From the NCBI GenBank assembly GCA_963422645.2, contig CAXXVO010000011.1:32001-96000 (forward strand): DNA of 64,000 nucleotides, given 5' to 3'. Shown here in pieces: positions 21,356-32,899 of this stretch (positions are counted from its first letter, which is position 1; each line of letters begins with the position of its first letter). The notes beneath the pieces were generated by a model. That model did not search any database. It had not been told where the DNA came from and worked only from the letters and a program-made list of their open reading frames with translations. Both the position numbers and the translations under genes were made by a program. This stretch comes from Alphaproteobacteria bacterium. GTDB taxonomy: Bacteria; Pseudomonadota; Alphaproteobacteria; UBA828.

Positions 21356-22070
21356 TGTGCTGGAGATGATGACCCAGCTGAAGCTCGCAGGTATGCGCGC
21401 CGCTTACGACGACATCCTTGCCGACGGGCTCAAGCGCCGCCATCCGGTGCAACAGATCATCGGTACGCTGCTGCAGGTCGAGATCGCCGACAAGAGGGCC
21501 CGCTCGATCAAGTACCAGATGGCCTCCGCCAAGCTGCCGACGGTCAAGGAGCTGGCCGACTTCGACTTCGCCGCCTCGCCGGTCAACGAGCCCCTGATCC
21601 AGGAGCTCGCCGGCGGCGGCTTCCTCGAGGGCAAACGCAACATCGTGCTGGTCGGCGGCACCGGTACCGGCAAGACCCATCTCGCCGTCGCCATCGCGCG
21701 GTCCTGCATCCGCAAGGGCGCGCGCGGCCGGTGCTACAACGTCGTCGACCTGGTCAACCTCCTCGAGGCCGAGCTTCGCGCCGGACGCCAGGGCCGCACT
21801 GCAGACCAGCTCGTCCGCCGCGACTTCGTCATCCTCGACGAGCTCGGCTACCTGCCCTTCGCCCAGGCCGGTGGGCAGCTGCTCTTCCATCTGATGAGCC
21901 GGCTCTACGAGCGCACCTCGATCGTCATCACCACAAACCTCGCCTTCGGCGAATGGCCATCCGTCTTCGGCGACCCCAAGATGACCACAGCGCTGCTCGA
22001 TCGCCTCACCCATCATTGCGAGATCATCGAGACCGGCAACGAGAGCTGGCGCTTCAAGAACCGCTCCTGA
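21342..22070 (+). CDS. istB: IS21 helper ATPase IstB
   Basis: [35 protein letters not shown]. Confidence 0.96.
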   Translation: MERHDVLEMMTQLKLAGMRAAYDDILADGLKRRHPVQQIIGTLLQVEIADKRARSIKYQMASAKLPTVKELADFDFAASPVNEPLIQELAGGGFLEGKRNIVLVGGTGTGKTHLAVAIARSCIRKGARGRCYNVVDLVNLLEAELRAGRQGRTADQLVRRDFVILDELGYLPFAQAGGQLLFHLMSRLYERTSIVITTNLAFGEWPSVFGDPKMTTALLDRLTHHCEIIETGNESWRFKNRS

Positions 22071-22390
22071 CCCGCCGCCGGCCTCCCTTGCGGCCCGGTT
22101 GCCCCGGTGGGCCAACAGGGACCCCCCACGCGGCTTCGCTCCGCGTAGCGCAGGGCGCCACACGAAGCCGCGCGGGTCCCCCCTATTGGCTACCGGGACA
22201 ACCTCCGCCGTGCCACTCAGGGGGGTCAATTTTGCACGCCGATCGGGGGTCAGTATTGAAAGCCGATTGACACTCGGGCGCGACACCCAGCGAAAAACCG
22301 CCTGAAACAACCGAAATGTATCAGAATTCAAGGAGTTCCCGGCACGCTGCCCAGAACAGCCAGCATCACGAGGTCAGGAAGTCTGACGAT

Positions 22391-24262
22391 ACGACCGTGG
22401 TGATCCCGCCCCGCTGCGAGGCGGCGATAGACGCGCGCGGCAACATCGTGATCGACTGCGCAAGCGCCGTGGCACAGCACGGGCACGACCTGGCTGCGCC
22501 GATCATGCAGCGCGTCATCGGCGGCGCCTTTACCGCCATCGCGCAGGAGATGGCGGGCGTGCTCTACCGCATGTCCTATTCCTCGATCATCCGCGAATCG
22601 GAAGACCTCGGCGCCGGCATCTTCGACCGCGACGGCCTCATGCTGGCGGAATCGGAATCGACGCCGATGTTCATGGGCGCGATGCCGCGCATCGTCCAGA
22701 ACGTGATCGAGCTGCTCGACGGCGACATCCACGAAGGCGACATCATCTTCCACAACGACCCCTACTACGGGGCCACGCATTCGCCGGACTGCGCCATCGT
22801 GATGCCGATCTACCGCCGGGACGAGCTGGTCGGGTTCGCGGGCGCGTCGGCCCACCTGCTCGATATCGGCGGCGCCTATCCGGGGCTCAACATCGACGCG
22901 GTCGACATCTACGCCGAAGGCAACATCTACCGGGCCGTGAAGCTCGCGATAAAAGGTGTGCGGCAGGATGGGCTCTGGAAGCACATTCTGGAGAACATGC
23001 GCACGCCGACGCCCAACGAGGGCGACATCCAGGCGATGATCGCAGCCTGCGAGCTCGCCAAGCGACGCTATATCGATCTCATCGAGCGCTACGGGCAGGG
23101 TGCCGTCGACGCGGCCGGCCAGCACTGGATGAGCTATTCGGAGCAGATGCTCAGGCGCGAGATCGCCAAGATTCCCGACGGCGAATACGAGACCGGGCTC
23201 GGCTATCTCGACGACGACGGGGTCAACCGGGGCCGCAAGCTGCCGGTCAAGGTCAAGGTGATCATTGAAGGCGACGAGATCACCTACGACCTCACCGGCT
23301 CCAGCGACGAGGTGCCGACCGGCTACAACGTTCCCTTCGAGGGCACGACCTGCTCAGCCATGTCCTTCATCACGCGGATGATCTTCCTCGATACCGTGAC
23401 GCACCCGGTCTACGTGCCGCAGAACGAGGGTATGACCCGGCCGATCAACGTGATCGCGCCCAAGGGCTCGATCTTCAATCCCAATTTCCCGCGCTCCTGC
23501 TTCGCCCGCTTCTGCCAGATGCAGCGCGCCGTCGACCTGGTGCTCCGCGCGCTCGCCCCGGTGGTGCCCGAGAAGGTGACCGCGGGCAACTCGGCGCACC
23601 TGCACTTCATCTCCTACTCCGGCTTCGACACGGATCAGGGCGAGTACTGGGTCTATCTGGAGGTCGACGAAGGCTCCTACGGCGGCCGCCCGGATCGTGA
23701 CGGCATGGACGCCGTGGATTGCCTCATCGCCAACACCCGCAACAACCCGATCGAGGAGCTGGAATGGCGCTTCCCGATCCGCACCGAGCGCTACGAGCTG
23801 CGCAACGAGTCCTGTGCCGCCGGCAAGTGGCGGGGCGGCATCGGCATGGTGCGGGTCAACAAGATGCTGGTCGACACCATCGTCACCTGCGAGGGGGAGC
23901 GGCACGAATCCGACGAGCCTTGGGGAGTCTTCGGCGGCATGCCGGGGCTGAACGCCTCCGTGGTGCGAAACCGTGGCGGGGCGGACGAAGAGGCGTGGCC
24001 GTCGAAGTTCACCGGCTTCCGGCTCGCCGCAGGCGACAGCATCGAGATCACGGTGCCCAATTCGGGCGGCTACGGCGATCCGCTGGAGCGCGACCCTGCG
24101 CTCGTGCTCGCGGACGTGTTCGACGGCTTCACCACCATCGAGCGCGCGCGGAACGACTACGGCGTCGTGATCGAACCGGCACCGATGCGGCTCGATGAGG
24201 AGGCGACCCGCCGGCTACGCGCCGAACGCTCCGGCGCAGCACGCCAACCGGCGCCGGCCTGA
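22391..24262 (+). pseudogene. 3' part (end of HyuA + HyuB domain) of the interrupted hydantoinase/oxoprolinase gene
   Basis: TTVVIPP...GNIVI, then EMAGVLYRMSYSSIIRESED, HNDPYYGATHSPD, HLLDIGG, NNPIEELE, GKWRGG, GGYGDP. Confidence 0.93.
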
Positions 24263-24315
24263 GGAAAGGACCGAGGGGCTTCCCCGACAAGGCCGAGGCT
24301 ATCCCGCCTGCGCCC

Positions 24316-26787
24316 CAATGGCATTCATTTGGCGCGAAGATTGTTCCGGGGTTTTTTGGTGGTGTCGTAACGAGTTGATTTCTTGTGTGGATTGTCGGTC
24401 TCGGCGTTTCCCGCACGAGGGGGATTGACCGGCGGCGTGTGCTTTGGCACACTGTGGCTGTCCCCCTGTCAGTGGAGCCGGCCCATGGACCCCCGCATCA
24501 CCGCGCTGAAGTCGACGACCTTTTTCGGCAGACGTCTGACCCGCCGGCAGATTGCCGACATCCAGGAGACGGTGGCGCTGTTTCCGGCGATCAGCCGCAA
24601 CGAGCTCGGGCACACGATCTGCGAGCATTTGAACTGGCGCGCGCCGAGCGGGCGGAACCGTGTCGCGGTCTGCCTGCGGATGCTGGAGGAGTTGGAGCGG
24701 CTGGGCATCCTGACCCTGCCGGCGCGGGACGAGGCGCAGGTGCGGGGGCCGCAGGAGGCGATGGCCCGGAGCGAGCGGACGGCGCCGGCCGCGGCGATCG
24801 CGGAGGACCTGGCCGCGCTGATGCCGCTGCGCCTGTCGATTGCGGCGGGCAAGGAGGAGGGCGGGCTGTGGAACGAGTTCGTCGCGCGCCACCACTATCT
24901 CGGGCTGCATCGTCTGGTCGGCGCGCATCTGCGCTATTTTCTCCTGGACCGCCACGGGCGGCCTCTGGGCTGCCTTCTGTTTGCCCGGGCGTCGCTGAGC
25001 TGCCCTGCCGCGACGAGTGGATCGGGTGGCCGGCGGAAGGCTTCCGCAAGCACCTCGATCTGGTCGTGGGTCACACGCGTTTCCTGATCTTTCCCTGGGT
25101 CCGGGTCGACAACCTGGCGTCGAAAGCGCTGTCGATGGCGCTGCGCCAGCTGCCCGGCGACTGGGAGGCGCGCTTCGGAGCGCGCCCGGTTCTGGTGGAG
25201 ACCTTCGTGGACCCCAGCCTCTTCGACGGCGCCTGCTACCGCGCGGCCAACTGGCGCTGTCTCGGCGAGACCGGGGGCGGCAAGGGCAAGACCCGCAAAA
25301 GCGTCTACGTCTACCCGCTGACGCCGGACTTCCGCTCGATCCTGCTCGAAGGCCCGCGGCCGGCGCGGCGCGGGAACAGGACACGGCCGGCAGCGCTGGC
25401 GCCGGACGATCCCTTCGTGGCGCTGTGGCAGGACCTGATCGGCGCACTGGCGGCGGTGGCCGCCGATCACGACCGGGTGTGGCAGAGCCGCCGGCGGGTC
25501 CTCGACACCCTTCTCGTCATGCTCTTCATCTTCCGGCTGGCGTTCTCGAACGGCCGCGCGGGCTACGCCACGACGCTGGCCGGGCTGTGGGAGCAGTGCC
25601 GGGTCCTGGGCGTCGCACTGCCGCAGCCGGCGCCGGTCTCGGCCTCGGCGATGTGCATGGCGCGGGCCAAGGTCGACGAGGCGGTGTTCAAGACGCTGCA
25701 CGCCGAGATCCTCAAGCGCGCCGACGGCCCGGCCTGGAAGGGCCACCGCGTGTTCGCGGTCGACGGCTCCAAGCTCAACCTGCCGCGGCCGCTGCTCAAG
25801 GCCGGCTACCGCACGCCCTCCGAGGCGGCCCACTACCCGCAGGGCCTGCTGAGTTGCCTCTACCGGCTGCACGCGAACATCCCGGTGGACTTCGACCTGG
25901 TCGCGCACGGCGACGAAAGAAGGGCCGCCCTCGCCCACCTCAAGGCGCTCTCGGCCAACGACATCGTGGTCTATGACCGCGGCTACTACTCTTGGGAGAT
26001 GCTGCACGCCCATGTCGCCCGCGGCCTGCACCCCGTGTTCCGGATCAAGAAGAAGGCAGGCGCCGCCCTCGACGCCTTCATCGCCGACGGCCGCACGGAC
26101 GCGCCGATCACCGTCGCTCCCGGAAAGGACACCCTGAGAAAGCTGCGCCGCAAGACGCCGCACGTCGACGCCACCCCGCTGCGCCTGCGACTGGTCCGCT
26201 ACCGCATCGGCAGCACGGTCTTCATCCTCGCCACCACCCTCCTCGACCCCAAGGCCTGGAGCGTCGCGGAACTGGCCGAGCTCTATCACGCGCGCTGGGG
26301 AATCGAGGAACTCTACAAGACCTCGAAACAGGCCATGGCCGTCGAGGCCTTCCACAGCCAGACCGAGCGCGGCGTCCGCCAGGAGCTCTTCGCCCACTTC
26401 AACCTCATCGCCATGACCCGGCTCTTCACCAACCGCAGCAACGCAAGCCTCGACGCCGAGCGCCCTGCCGACGGCAAGCCGGCGATGAAAGCCAACTTCA
26501 GCAACGGCCTCGCCACCGTCGCGCGCAACCTCGAAGCGCTGCTGCTGCGCCATACGGCGATGGTCGCCGAAACCCTCAGCCATGTCCTCTCCTGCATCAA
26601 CCAGGCGCGTCAGCGCCCGCGCCCCGGCCGGTCCTGCGAACGCAGGTCGCGCAAACCCCGCGGCAAGTGGGCACGCGCAAAGCGGGCCGTCGCCTGAACA
26701 CCTGAACGACAGAAACGCACGCAACCGACAGCGCAAGAACACGACTCCTTAAGTGAACAGTCGAAAACCGCTAAGTGAATGCCATTG
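24316..26787 (+). mobile_element. IS4-family element encoding a DUF4338-transposase fusion
   Basis: TIR CAATGGCATTCA / TGAATGCCATTG; 10-bp duplication GCCTGCGCCC at 24306-24315 and 26788-26797. Confidence 0.93.
24485..26697 (+). pseudogene. DUF4338 (DruA/Mom-like) domain fused to IS4 DDE transposase; frameshift near 24995
   Basis: First frame: WNEFVARHHYLG..VGAHLRY; second frame: LPCRDEWIGW, RFLIFPWV..NLAS, VETFVD, YRAANW, then AVDGS, YDRGY, YHARWGIEELYK. Confidence 0.85.
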
Positions 26788-26853
26788 GCCTGCGCCCGGC
26801 GTGTGATAAGAGAGCAAAACGCAAGCTGATCGCACGATGTAGGGAGAGGACAC

Positions 26854-28302
26854 ATGATGGGCGGTATTTCCGAAGCTTACGGCTCACTCGACGGCATGGG
26901 GCTCGCCGCCCTGGTCAGGAAGGGAGAGGTCTCGCCGAGCGAGGTGCTCGAAGAGGCGATAAGCCGCGCCGAGGCGGTCAATGGAACGCTCAACTTCCTC
27001 ACCTACAAGGCTTACGAGGAAGGCCGCAAGATGGCGGCCGACCCGGCGCTCCCCAATGGCCCTTTCAAGGGCGTGCCCTGGCTCGTGAAGGAGATCGCGA
27101 CCGATTGGACTGGGCTGCAGAACACCAACGCCTGCCCCTACTTCAAGGACATCGTCTCGACCAGCGACAGCGAGCAGGTGAAGCGCGTCAAGAAGGCGGG
27201 CTTCGTGCTGCTCGGCAAGTCAAACTCGCCGGAGGCCGGCTGGGCGCTCTCCACCGAGCCCAAGATGTACGGCCCGACCCTCAATCCCTGGGACACGTCG
27301 CGCACGCCCGGCGGCTCCTCCGGCGGCTCGGCGGCGGCGGTCGCGGCCCGCGTGCTGCCGCTGGCCGAGGCGAGCGACGGCGGCGGCTCCATCCGCACGC
27401 CCGCGTGCCATTCCGGCCTGGTCGGCCTCAAGCCCGCGCGCGGGCGCATCACGATGGCGCCGGGCGCGGACTTCTGGTACGGCGGCGTCACCTTCCTCTG
27501 CGTCTCGCGCTCGGTCCGCGACACGGCCGCTTTCTTCGATACCGTGGGTGGGCCGCTCCCCGGCGATCCCTACTACGCAGTGATGCCGGAGACCCCCTAC
27601 CTCGACGAGATTGGCAAAGACCCAGGCTCGCTCTCGATCGCCATGGTCACCGCCTCGCCCGAGGGCTGCACTCCGGTGGACGCAGAAGTGCGCGAGGGGA
27701 TCGAGAACACCGGGAAGCTGCTGGAGAGCCTCGGCCATCGGGTCACGCCGGAGGCCGTGCCCTACGACTTCTGGCCGCTCTACGACGCCTACATGCGGAT
27801 CGGCGCCGTGGTCACGGCGGCCTGGTTCGATGGCTCCGCCGAACTCGTCGGCCACACCCTCAGGCAGGACGAGACCGAGAACCTCTATTGGACAACCATC
27901 GAGAGGGGTCGCAGCACCTCGGCGGTCGATCACCACAACGATGTCGCTCAACTGCGCGCCATGTGCCGCGACATCGTGGGCCGCATGGCCGCCTACGACG
28001 CATGGCTCTGCCCGGTGGTGCCGATGGTGGCGCGCAAGATCGGCTACTACGACATGTCCCGCGATTGCGACGACTACAACGCGAACATCATGGGGCCGGA
28101 TTGCGCCTTCACCCAGCCTTTCAACGCGACCGGCTCTCCCGGCATCTCGTTGCCGCTACACTGGACGGCCGACGGCGTGCCGGTGGGCTCCCAGCTGGTC
28201 GGGCGCGACCTCGACGAGGCACTGCTCTTCCGCCTCGCCGGCCAGCTCGAACAGGCGCAGCCCTGGATTGATCGCATTCCGCCGGTCAACGCGGGGGCGT
28301 GA
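26854..28302 (+). CDS. Amidase signature family protein
   Basis: GVPWLVKE, TPGGSSGGSAAAVA, SDGGGSIRTPA. Confidence 0.93.
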   Translation: MMGGISEAYGSLDGMGLAALVRKGEVSPSEVLEEAISRAEAVNGTLNFLTYKAYEEGRKMAADPALPNGPFKGVPWLVKEIATDWTGLQNTNACPYFKDIVSTSDSEQVKRVKKAGFVLLGKSNSPEAGWALSTEPKMYGPTLNPWDTSRTPGGSSGGSAAAVAARVLPLAEASDGGGSIRTPACHSGLVGLKPARGRITMAPGADFWYGGVTFLCVSRSVRDTAAFFDTVGGPLPGDPYYAVMPETPYLDEIGKDPGSLSIAMVTASPEGCTPVDAEVREGIENTGKLLESLGHRVTPEAVPYDFWPLYDAYMRIGAVVTAAWFDGSAELVGHTLRQDETENLYWTTIERGRSTSAVDHHNDVAQLRAMCRDIVGRMAAYDAWLCPVVPMVARKIGYYDMSRDCDDYNANIMGPDCAFTQPFNATGSPGISLPLHWTADGVPVGSQLVGRDLDEALLFRLAGQLEQAQPWIDRIPPVNAGA

Positions 28303-28352
28303 TCGCTCCCTCGACCGGTCAGACAACGAGACACCACAGGAGGCCAAGACCC

Positions 28353-29488
28353 ATGAGAAAATCACTTAGCCTGTTGACGGCAGCGGTTGCAGCGATGGCG
28401 CTGGCAACGGCTGCCCATGCCGAGACTCTCAAGGTCGGCATGATCACGACACTCTCCGGCGGCGGTGCCAGCCTCGGCATCGACGTGCGCGACGGCTTCA
28501 TGCTCGCCGTCAAGCAGGCCGGCGCCGATATCGAGGTGATCGTGGATGACGACCAGCGCAAGCCGGCGCCGTCCAGCTCGCCGACAAGATGATACAAAGC
28601 GACAAGGTGGACGTGCTGACCGGCATCATCTGGTCGAACCTCGCCATCGCGGTCGTGCCCGCGGCGGTGCAGCAGGGCAAGTTCTACCTCTCGCCCAACG
28701 CTGGCCCTTCGCTCCTCGCCGGCGAGCGGTGCCACGCGAACTACTTCAACGTTGCCTGGCAGAACGACAACCTGCACGAGGCCGCAGGCGCCTATGCAAA
28801 CAGCGCAGGGTTCGCCAACAGCTTCATCCTCGCGCCAAATTACCCCGCCGGGAAGGACGCCCTGACCGGGTACAAGCGGCTCTACGAGGGCGAGATCGTG
28901 GGCGAGGTCTACACCAAGCTGGGCGCGAACGAGTACGCGGCCGAGATCGCACAAATTCGCGCTTCGGGCGCCGAGAGCGTGTTCTTCTTCCTGCCCGGCG
29001 GCATGGGGATCGCCTTCCTCAAGCAGTATGCGCAATCCGGGCTCGACATCCCGCTGGTCGGCCCCGCCTTCTCCTTCGACCAGGGCATTCTACAGGCGGT
29101 GGGCGAGGCCGCAGTCGGCGTGAAGAACACCTCGCAGTGGTCCAAGGATATCGACAATCCGACCAACAAGGCCTTCGTCGAGAGCTTCCAGGCCGAATAC
29201 GGCCGCCTGCCCTCGCTCTACGCGAGCCAGGGCTTCGACACGGCGAACCTGCTGGTCTCGGCCATGGGCAAGGCGAGCGTCTCGGATGCCGATGCCTTCC
29301 ATGCGGCGTTGGAGGCGGCCGACTTCAGCTCCACGCGCGGTGCCTTCTCGTTCGCGTCGAATCACCATCCGGTGCAGGACATCTACGTGCGCGAAGTGAT
29401 CAAGGAAGGCGATGTCTTCACCAACAAGATCATCGGCACGGCGCTGACCGACCACGCCAACGCCTATATCGAAGACTGCGCGATGTAA
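28353..29488 (+). pseudogene. Branched-chain amino acid-type ABC substrate-binding protein, frameshifted near 28567
   Basis: Signal peptide and ...DDQRKP in one frame; AVQLADKMIQSDKVDVLTG... in another. Confidence 0.85.
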
Positions 29489-29504
29489 CCTGCGTGCACG
29501 CGGG

Positions 29505-29536
29505 GAACGGGCCGTTTAGCGCGGCCCGTTCTTTTT
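29505..29536 (+). terminator. Intercistronic hairpin with T-run
   Basis: GAACGGGCCG-loop-CGGCCCGTTC followed by TTTTT. Confidence 0.7.
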
Positions 29537-29551
29537 ATCCGGGCTAACGAG

Positions 29552-30475
29552 TTGGCGGTCTCGCTCATCGTCGAGCAGCTCCTGAACGGCCTTCAGTTCG
29601 GCTTCATGCTCTTTCTGATGGCCGCAGGGCTGACGCTCATCTTCGGCGTCATGGGCCTCATAAACCTGGCTCACGGCTCGTTCTACATGATCGGCGCGTT
29701 CGCCTGCGCGGCGGTCGCAGCCGCAACCGGCTCCTACTGGGTGGGGCTCGCGGCGAGCCTGGCGGCGGCCGCGGCAGCCGGCGCCGTCGTCGAGATCGTC
29801 GTGATCCGGCGGCTCTACCGCCGCGACCATCTGGATCAGGTGCTCGCGACCTTCGCACTGATCTTGGTCTTCTCCGAAGGCACCCGCTGGGTGTTCGGCT
29901 CCTTTCCGCTCTATCTCACCGTGCCCGAGATTCTCTCGGGCCCGGTCGCGCTGCCGGGCGGGATCGACTACCCGCTCTTCCGCTTCGCGATCATCCTGAT
30001 CGGACTGCTGATCGCCGTCGGCCTCCACCTCCTGATCACGCGCACGCGCCTCGGCATCCGCATCCGGGCCGGCGAATCCGACCGAGAGATGATCGCCGCC
30101 CTCGGTGTCGACATCCGCAAGCTCTACACCACCGTGTTCGCGCTCGGCGCCGCGCTGGCGGGCTTCGCGGGCGCGCTGGTGGGCACGCTTCAGTCAGTGC
30201 AGGTGGGCATGGGTGAGCCCGTGCTGATCCTGGCCTTCGTCGTCATCATCATCGGTGGCATCGGCTCCATCGGAGGCGCCCTGGTCGGCGCGCTGCTGGT
30301 GGGGCTTAGCGATACCCTCGGGCGCTTCCTGCTGCCGGTCGCGTTTGGCACGTTCATGGAATCGTCGAGCGCCACTAACGTCGGCTCGGCGCTGGCCTCG
30401 ATGTTCATCTACATCCTGATGGCGCTGGTTCTCTTCCTACGCCCGACCGGCCTGTTCGGACTCAAGGCGCACTAG
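29552..30475 (+). CDS. LivH-like ABC permease
   Basis: GLTLIFGVMGLINLAHG, TRLGIRIRA, IIGGIGS. Confidence 0.92.
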   Translation: MAVSLIVEQLLNGLQFGFMLFLMAAGLTLIFGVMGLINLAHGSFYMIGAFACAAVAAATGSYWVGLAASLAAAAAAGAVVEIVVIRRLYRRDHLDQVLATFALILVFSEGTRWVFGSFPLYLTVPEILSGPVALPGGIDYPLFRFAIILIGLLIAVGLHLLITRTRLGIRIRAGESDREMIAALGVDIRKLYTTVFALGAALAGFAGALVGTLQSVQVGMGEPVLILAFVVIIIGGIGSIGGALVGALLVGLSDTLGRFLLPVAFGTFMESSSATNVGSALASMFIYILMALVLFLRPTGLFGLKAH

Positions 30476-30476
30476 G

Positions 30477-31457
30477 ATGAGCCGCGAGGCGGCCATCAGC
30501 CTCCTGATCGCGGCCGGGCTGCTTGCCGCGCCGCTGCTCGGCAACGCCTTCGACGAACCCTTCGTCATCACGCTGGCGACGAAGGTGGCGATCCTCGGGC
30601 TTGCCGGCACCGGGCTCAATATCGCCCTCGGCTACGGCGGAATGGTCTCGCTCGGCCACGCGGCGTTCTTCGGGCTAGGCGGCTATGCGGCCGGCATCCT
30701 CGCGAGCCACGCGCTCAACTACGAGCCCCTCTTCACCGCGCCGCTGCTGGTCGAAGGCACGACGCAGATGCTGATCATCTGGCCCGTCGCAATCGTCGTC
30801 AGCGGCGTCGCGGCGCTGGTGATCGGCGCGCTCTCCTTACGCACCACCGGCGTCTTCTTCATCATGATCACCTTGGCCTTCGCCCAGATGGTCTACTACT
30901 TCGCCATCTCGTGGCCGGCCTACGGCGGCGAGGACGGGCTCTCGATCTACATCAGGAACGAGTTTCCGGGGCTCAACACGCTCAACCCGCTCCACTTCTT
31001 CGTCATCTGCTACGTCCTCCTCATCCTTGCGATCGGCTTTTCCTTCCTGCTCTCGCAGTCGCGCTTCGGGCTCGCGCTGGGCGGCGCGCGGCAGAACGCG
31101 CAGCGGCTGGCAACCGTGGGCATCAGCCCCTTCCGCGTGAAGCTCACCGCCTTCGTGATCTCGGGCATGATGGCGGGGCTCGCCGGCGCGCTCTATGCCG
31201 ACCTCAACCGTTTCGTGAGCCCGTCGATGCTGTCGTGGCACACCTCGGGCGAGATCATGGTGTTCGTAATCCTGGGCGGCACGAGACGGCTGTTCGGGCC
31301 TGCCGCCGGCGCCGCGCTCTATATCGTGCTGGAAAACACGCTGGGCGACGTCAGCGAGCACTGGCTTCTGCTGCTCGGCGCGCTGCTGGTCGCGCTGGTG
31401 CTCTTCGCCCGCGGCGGAATCATCGGCATTCTCGCAGGCCAACCCCGCCATGCCTGA
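30477..31457 (+). CDS. LivM-like ABC permease
   Basis: GYGGMVSLGHAAFFG, ITLAFAQ, GGEDG, SRFG. Confidence 0.92.
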   Translation: MSREAAISLLIAAGLLAAPLLGNAFDEPFVITLATKVAILGLAGTGLNIALGYGGMVSLGHAAFFGLGGYAAGILASHALNYEPLFTAPLLVEGTTQMLIIWPVAIVVSGVAALVIGALSLRTTGVFFIMITLAFAQMVYYFAISWPAYGGEDGLSIYIRNEFPGLNTLNPLHFFVICYVLLILAIGFSFLLSQSRFGLALGGARQNAQRLATVGISPFRVKLTAFVISGMMAGLAGALYADLNRFVSPSMLSWHTSGEIMVFVILGGTRRLFGPAAGAALYIVLENTLGDVSEHWLLLLGALLVALVLFARGGIIGILAGQPRHA

Positions 31458-32214
31458 GCCGATCCTCCAGACCGAGAAGCTCTCCAAACGCTTCGGCGCG
31501 GTGGTCGCGAGCGACGAGGTAACGCTCGACCTCAAGCCCGGCGAGATTCACGCGCTGATCGGCCCCAACGGTGCGGGAAAGTCCACCGTCATCAAGCAAA
31601 TCGCGGGCGAGATCCGGCAGGACGGCGGCTCGATCCGCTTCGCCGGCCGCGACGTCGACCGCCTGGACATGGTGGCGCGCGCCCGGCTCGGGCTAGCGCG
31701 GACCTTCCAGGTCTCATCCGTCGCGCCGGAGTTCTCGACGCTGCAGAACGTCATGCTGGCGATCCAGTCGGTGGAGCGGAAGACCTTCCGCTTTGTCAGG
31801 CCGGCACTCAGGGACACCCCGCTGGTCGAGCAGGCGATGTCCCATCTCGTGCACCTCCTGCTGGACGACAGGGCCGAGATCCGCGCGGGCGATCTGTCGC
31901 ACGGCGAGAAGCGGGCGCTGGAGATCGCCATCGCGCTCGCGCTCAGGCCCAAGGCGTTCCTGCTCGACGAGCCCATGGCGGGCATGGGGCCGGAGAACAC
32001 GGCGAAGCTGATCGAGATTCTCGACGGGCTGCGGACAGAGGCCCCGATCCTGCTGGTCGAGCACGACATGGATGCGGTCTTCGCCCTTGCGGACCGTATC
32101 TCCGTCATCGTCTACGGCCGCATCATCGCAAGCGGAACGCCGGAGCAGATACGTGCCAACGAGGAGGTGCGCCGCGCCTACCTCGGGGACGAGGGCCATG
32201 ACGGCCCTGCTTGA
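31450..32214 (+). CDS. LivG-like ABC ATPase
   Basis: GPNGAGKS, LSHGE, LLDEP, VEHDM. Confidence 0.93.
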   Translation: MPEPILQTEKLSKRFGAVVASDEVTLDLKPGEIHALIGPNGAGKSTVIKQIAGEIRQDGGSIRFAGRDVDRLDMVARARLGLARTFQVSSVAPEFSTLQNVMLAIQSVERKTFRFVRPALRDTPLVEQAMSHLVHLLLDDRAEIRAGDLSHGEKRALEIAIALALRPKAFLLDEPMAGMGPENTAKLIEILDGLRTEAPILLVEHDMDAVFALADRISVIVYGRIIASGTPEQIRANEEVRRAYLGDEGHDGPA

Positions 32215-32887
32215 GGTCGCGGGCGTCACCGCCTTCTACGGCTCCTCGCAAGCGCTCTTCGGCGTCGACCTTGCCGTCGGCGAAGGCGAGGTGGTGGCGC
32301 TCATGGGCCGCAACGGCATGGGCAAGACCACCACCATCAGGACGATCTGCCGCATGATGCCGCACCGCGAAGGCCGCATCGCCTTCGCCGGCCACGACCT
32401 CGCGCGCCTGCCCTCGCACAGGGCGGCCTGGCTCGGCCTCGGGCTGGTGCCGGAGGGCCGGCGCTGCTTCCCAACTCTGACAGTACGCGAGAACCTGATC
32501 GCCGCCGCCCGTCCCGGCCACTGGAGCTTGAACCGCGTCGTGGCGCTCTTCCCGCAGCTGGCGGAGCGCCGCAATCAGAAGGCCAACACGCTCTCCGGAG
32601 GCGAGCAGCAGATGCTCGCCATCGGCCGGGCGCTGATGACCAATCCCCGGCTGCTCATCCTGGACGAGGCAACGGAAGGGCTCGGCCCCCTCATCCGCCG
32701 CGAAATCTGGTCGGTGATCGCGACGCTCAAGGAGGCAGGCCTTTCCATCCTCGTCGTCGACAAGTCGCTCAAGGAGCTCACCGCCGTCGCCGAGCGCTGC
32801 GTGATCCTGGAGAAGGGCGCGACCTGCTGGTCCGGCGCCAGCGCCGACCTCACGCCGGCATTGACCGACCGATACCTGGGGGTTTGA
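32198..32887 (+). CDS. LivF-like ABC ATPase
   Basis: GRNGMGKT, VPEGRR, LSGGEQQM, ILDE. Confidence 0.93.
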   Translation: MTALLEVAGVTAFYGSSQALFGVDLAVGEGEVVALMGRNGMGKTTTIRTICRMMPHREGRIAFAGHDLARLPSHRAAWLGLGLVPEGRRCFPTLTVRENLIAAARPGHWSLNRVVALFPQLAERRNQKANTLSGGEQQMLAIGRALMTNPRLLILDEATEGLGPLIRREIWSVIATLKEAGLSILVVDKSLKELTAVAERCVILEKGATCWSGASADLTPALTDRYLGV

Positions 32888-32899
32888 GGCCGCCGCCCC

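Larger units (their letters stand above)
19722..22272 (+). mobile_element. IS21-family insertion sequence, no flanking duplication
   Basis: Ends TGTTGTTAAGCGTGGAAAAGTGACCCC and GGGGTCAGTATTGAAAGCCGATTGACA with repeated TGACCCC boxes; flanks GATACC / CTCGGG differ. Confidence 0.92.

Noticed and set aside
22316-22390. Independent start for a separate hyuB gene at 22316
   Set aside because: These codons derive from the element A end; the native frame begins at 22391 in mid-domain. Fortuitous expression cannot be excluded.
24485-26697. Druantia anti-phage system
   Set aside because: Only a DUF4338 domain inside an IS; no DruE helicase or other dru genes.
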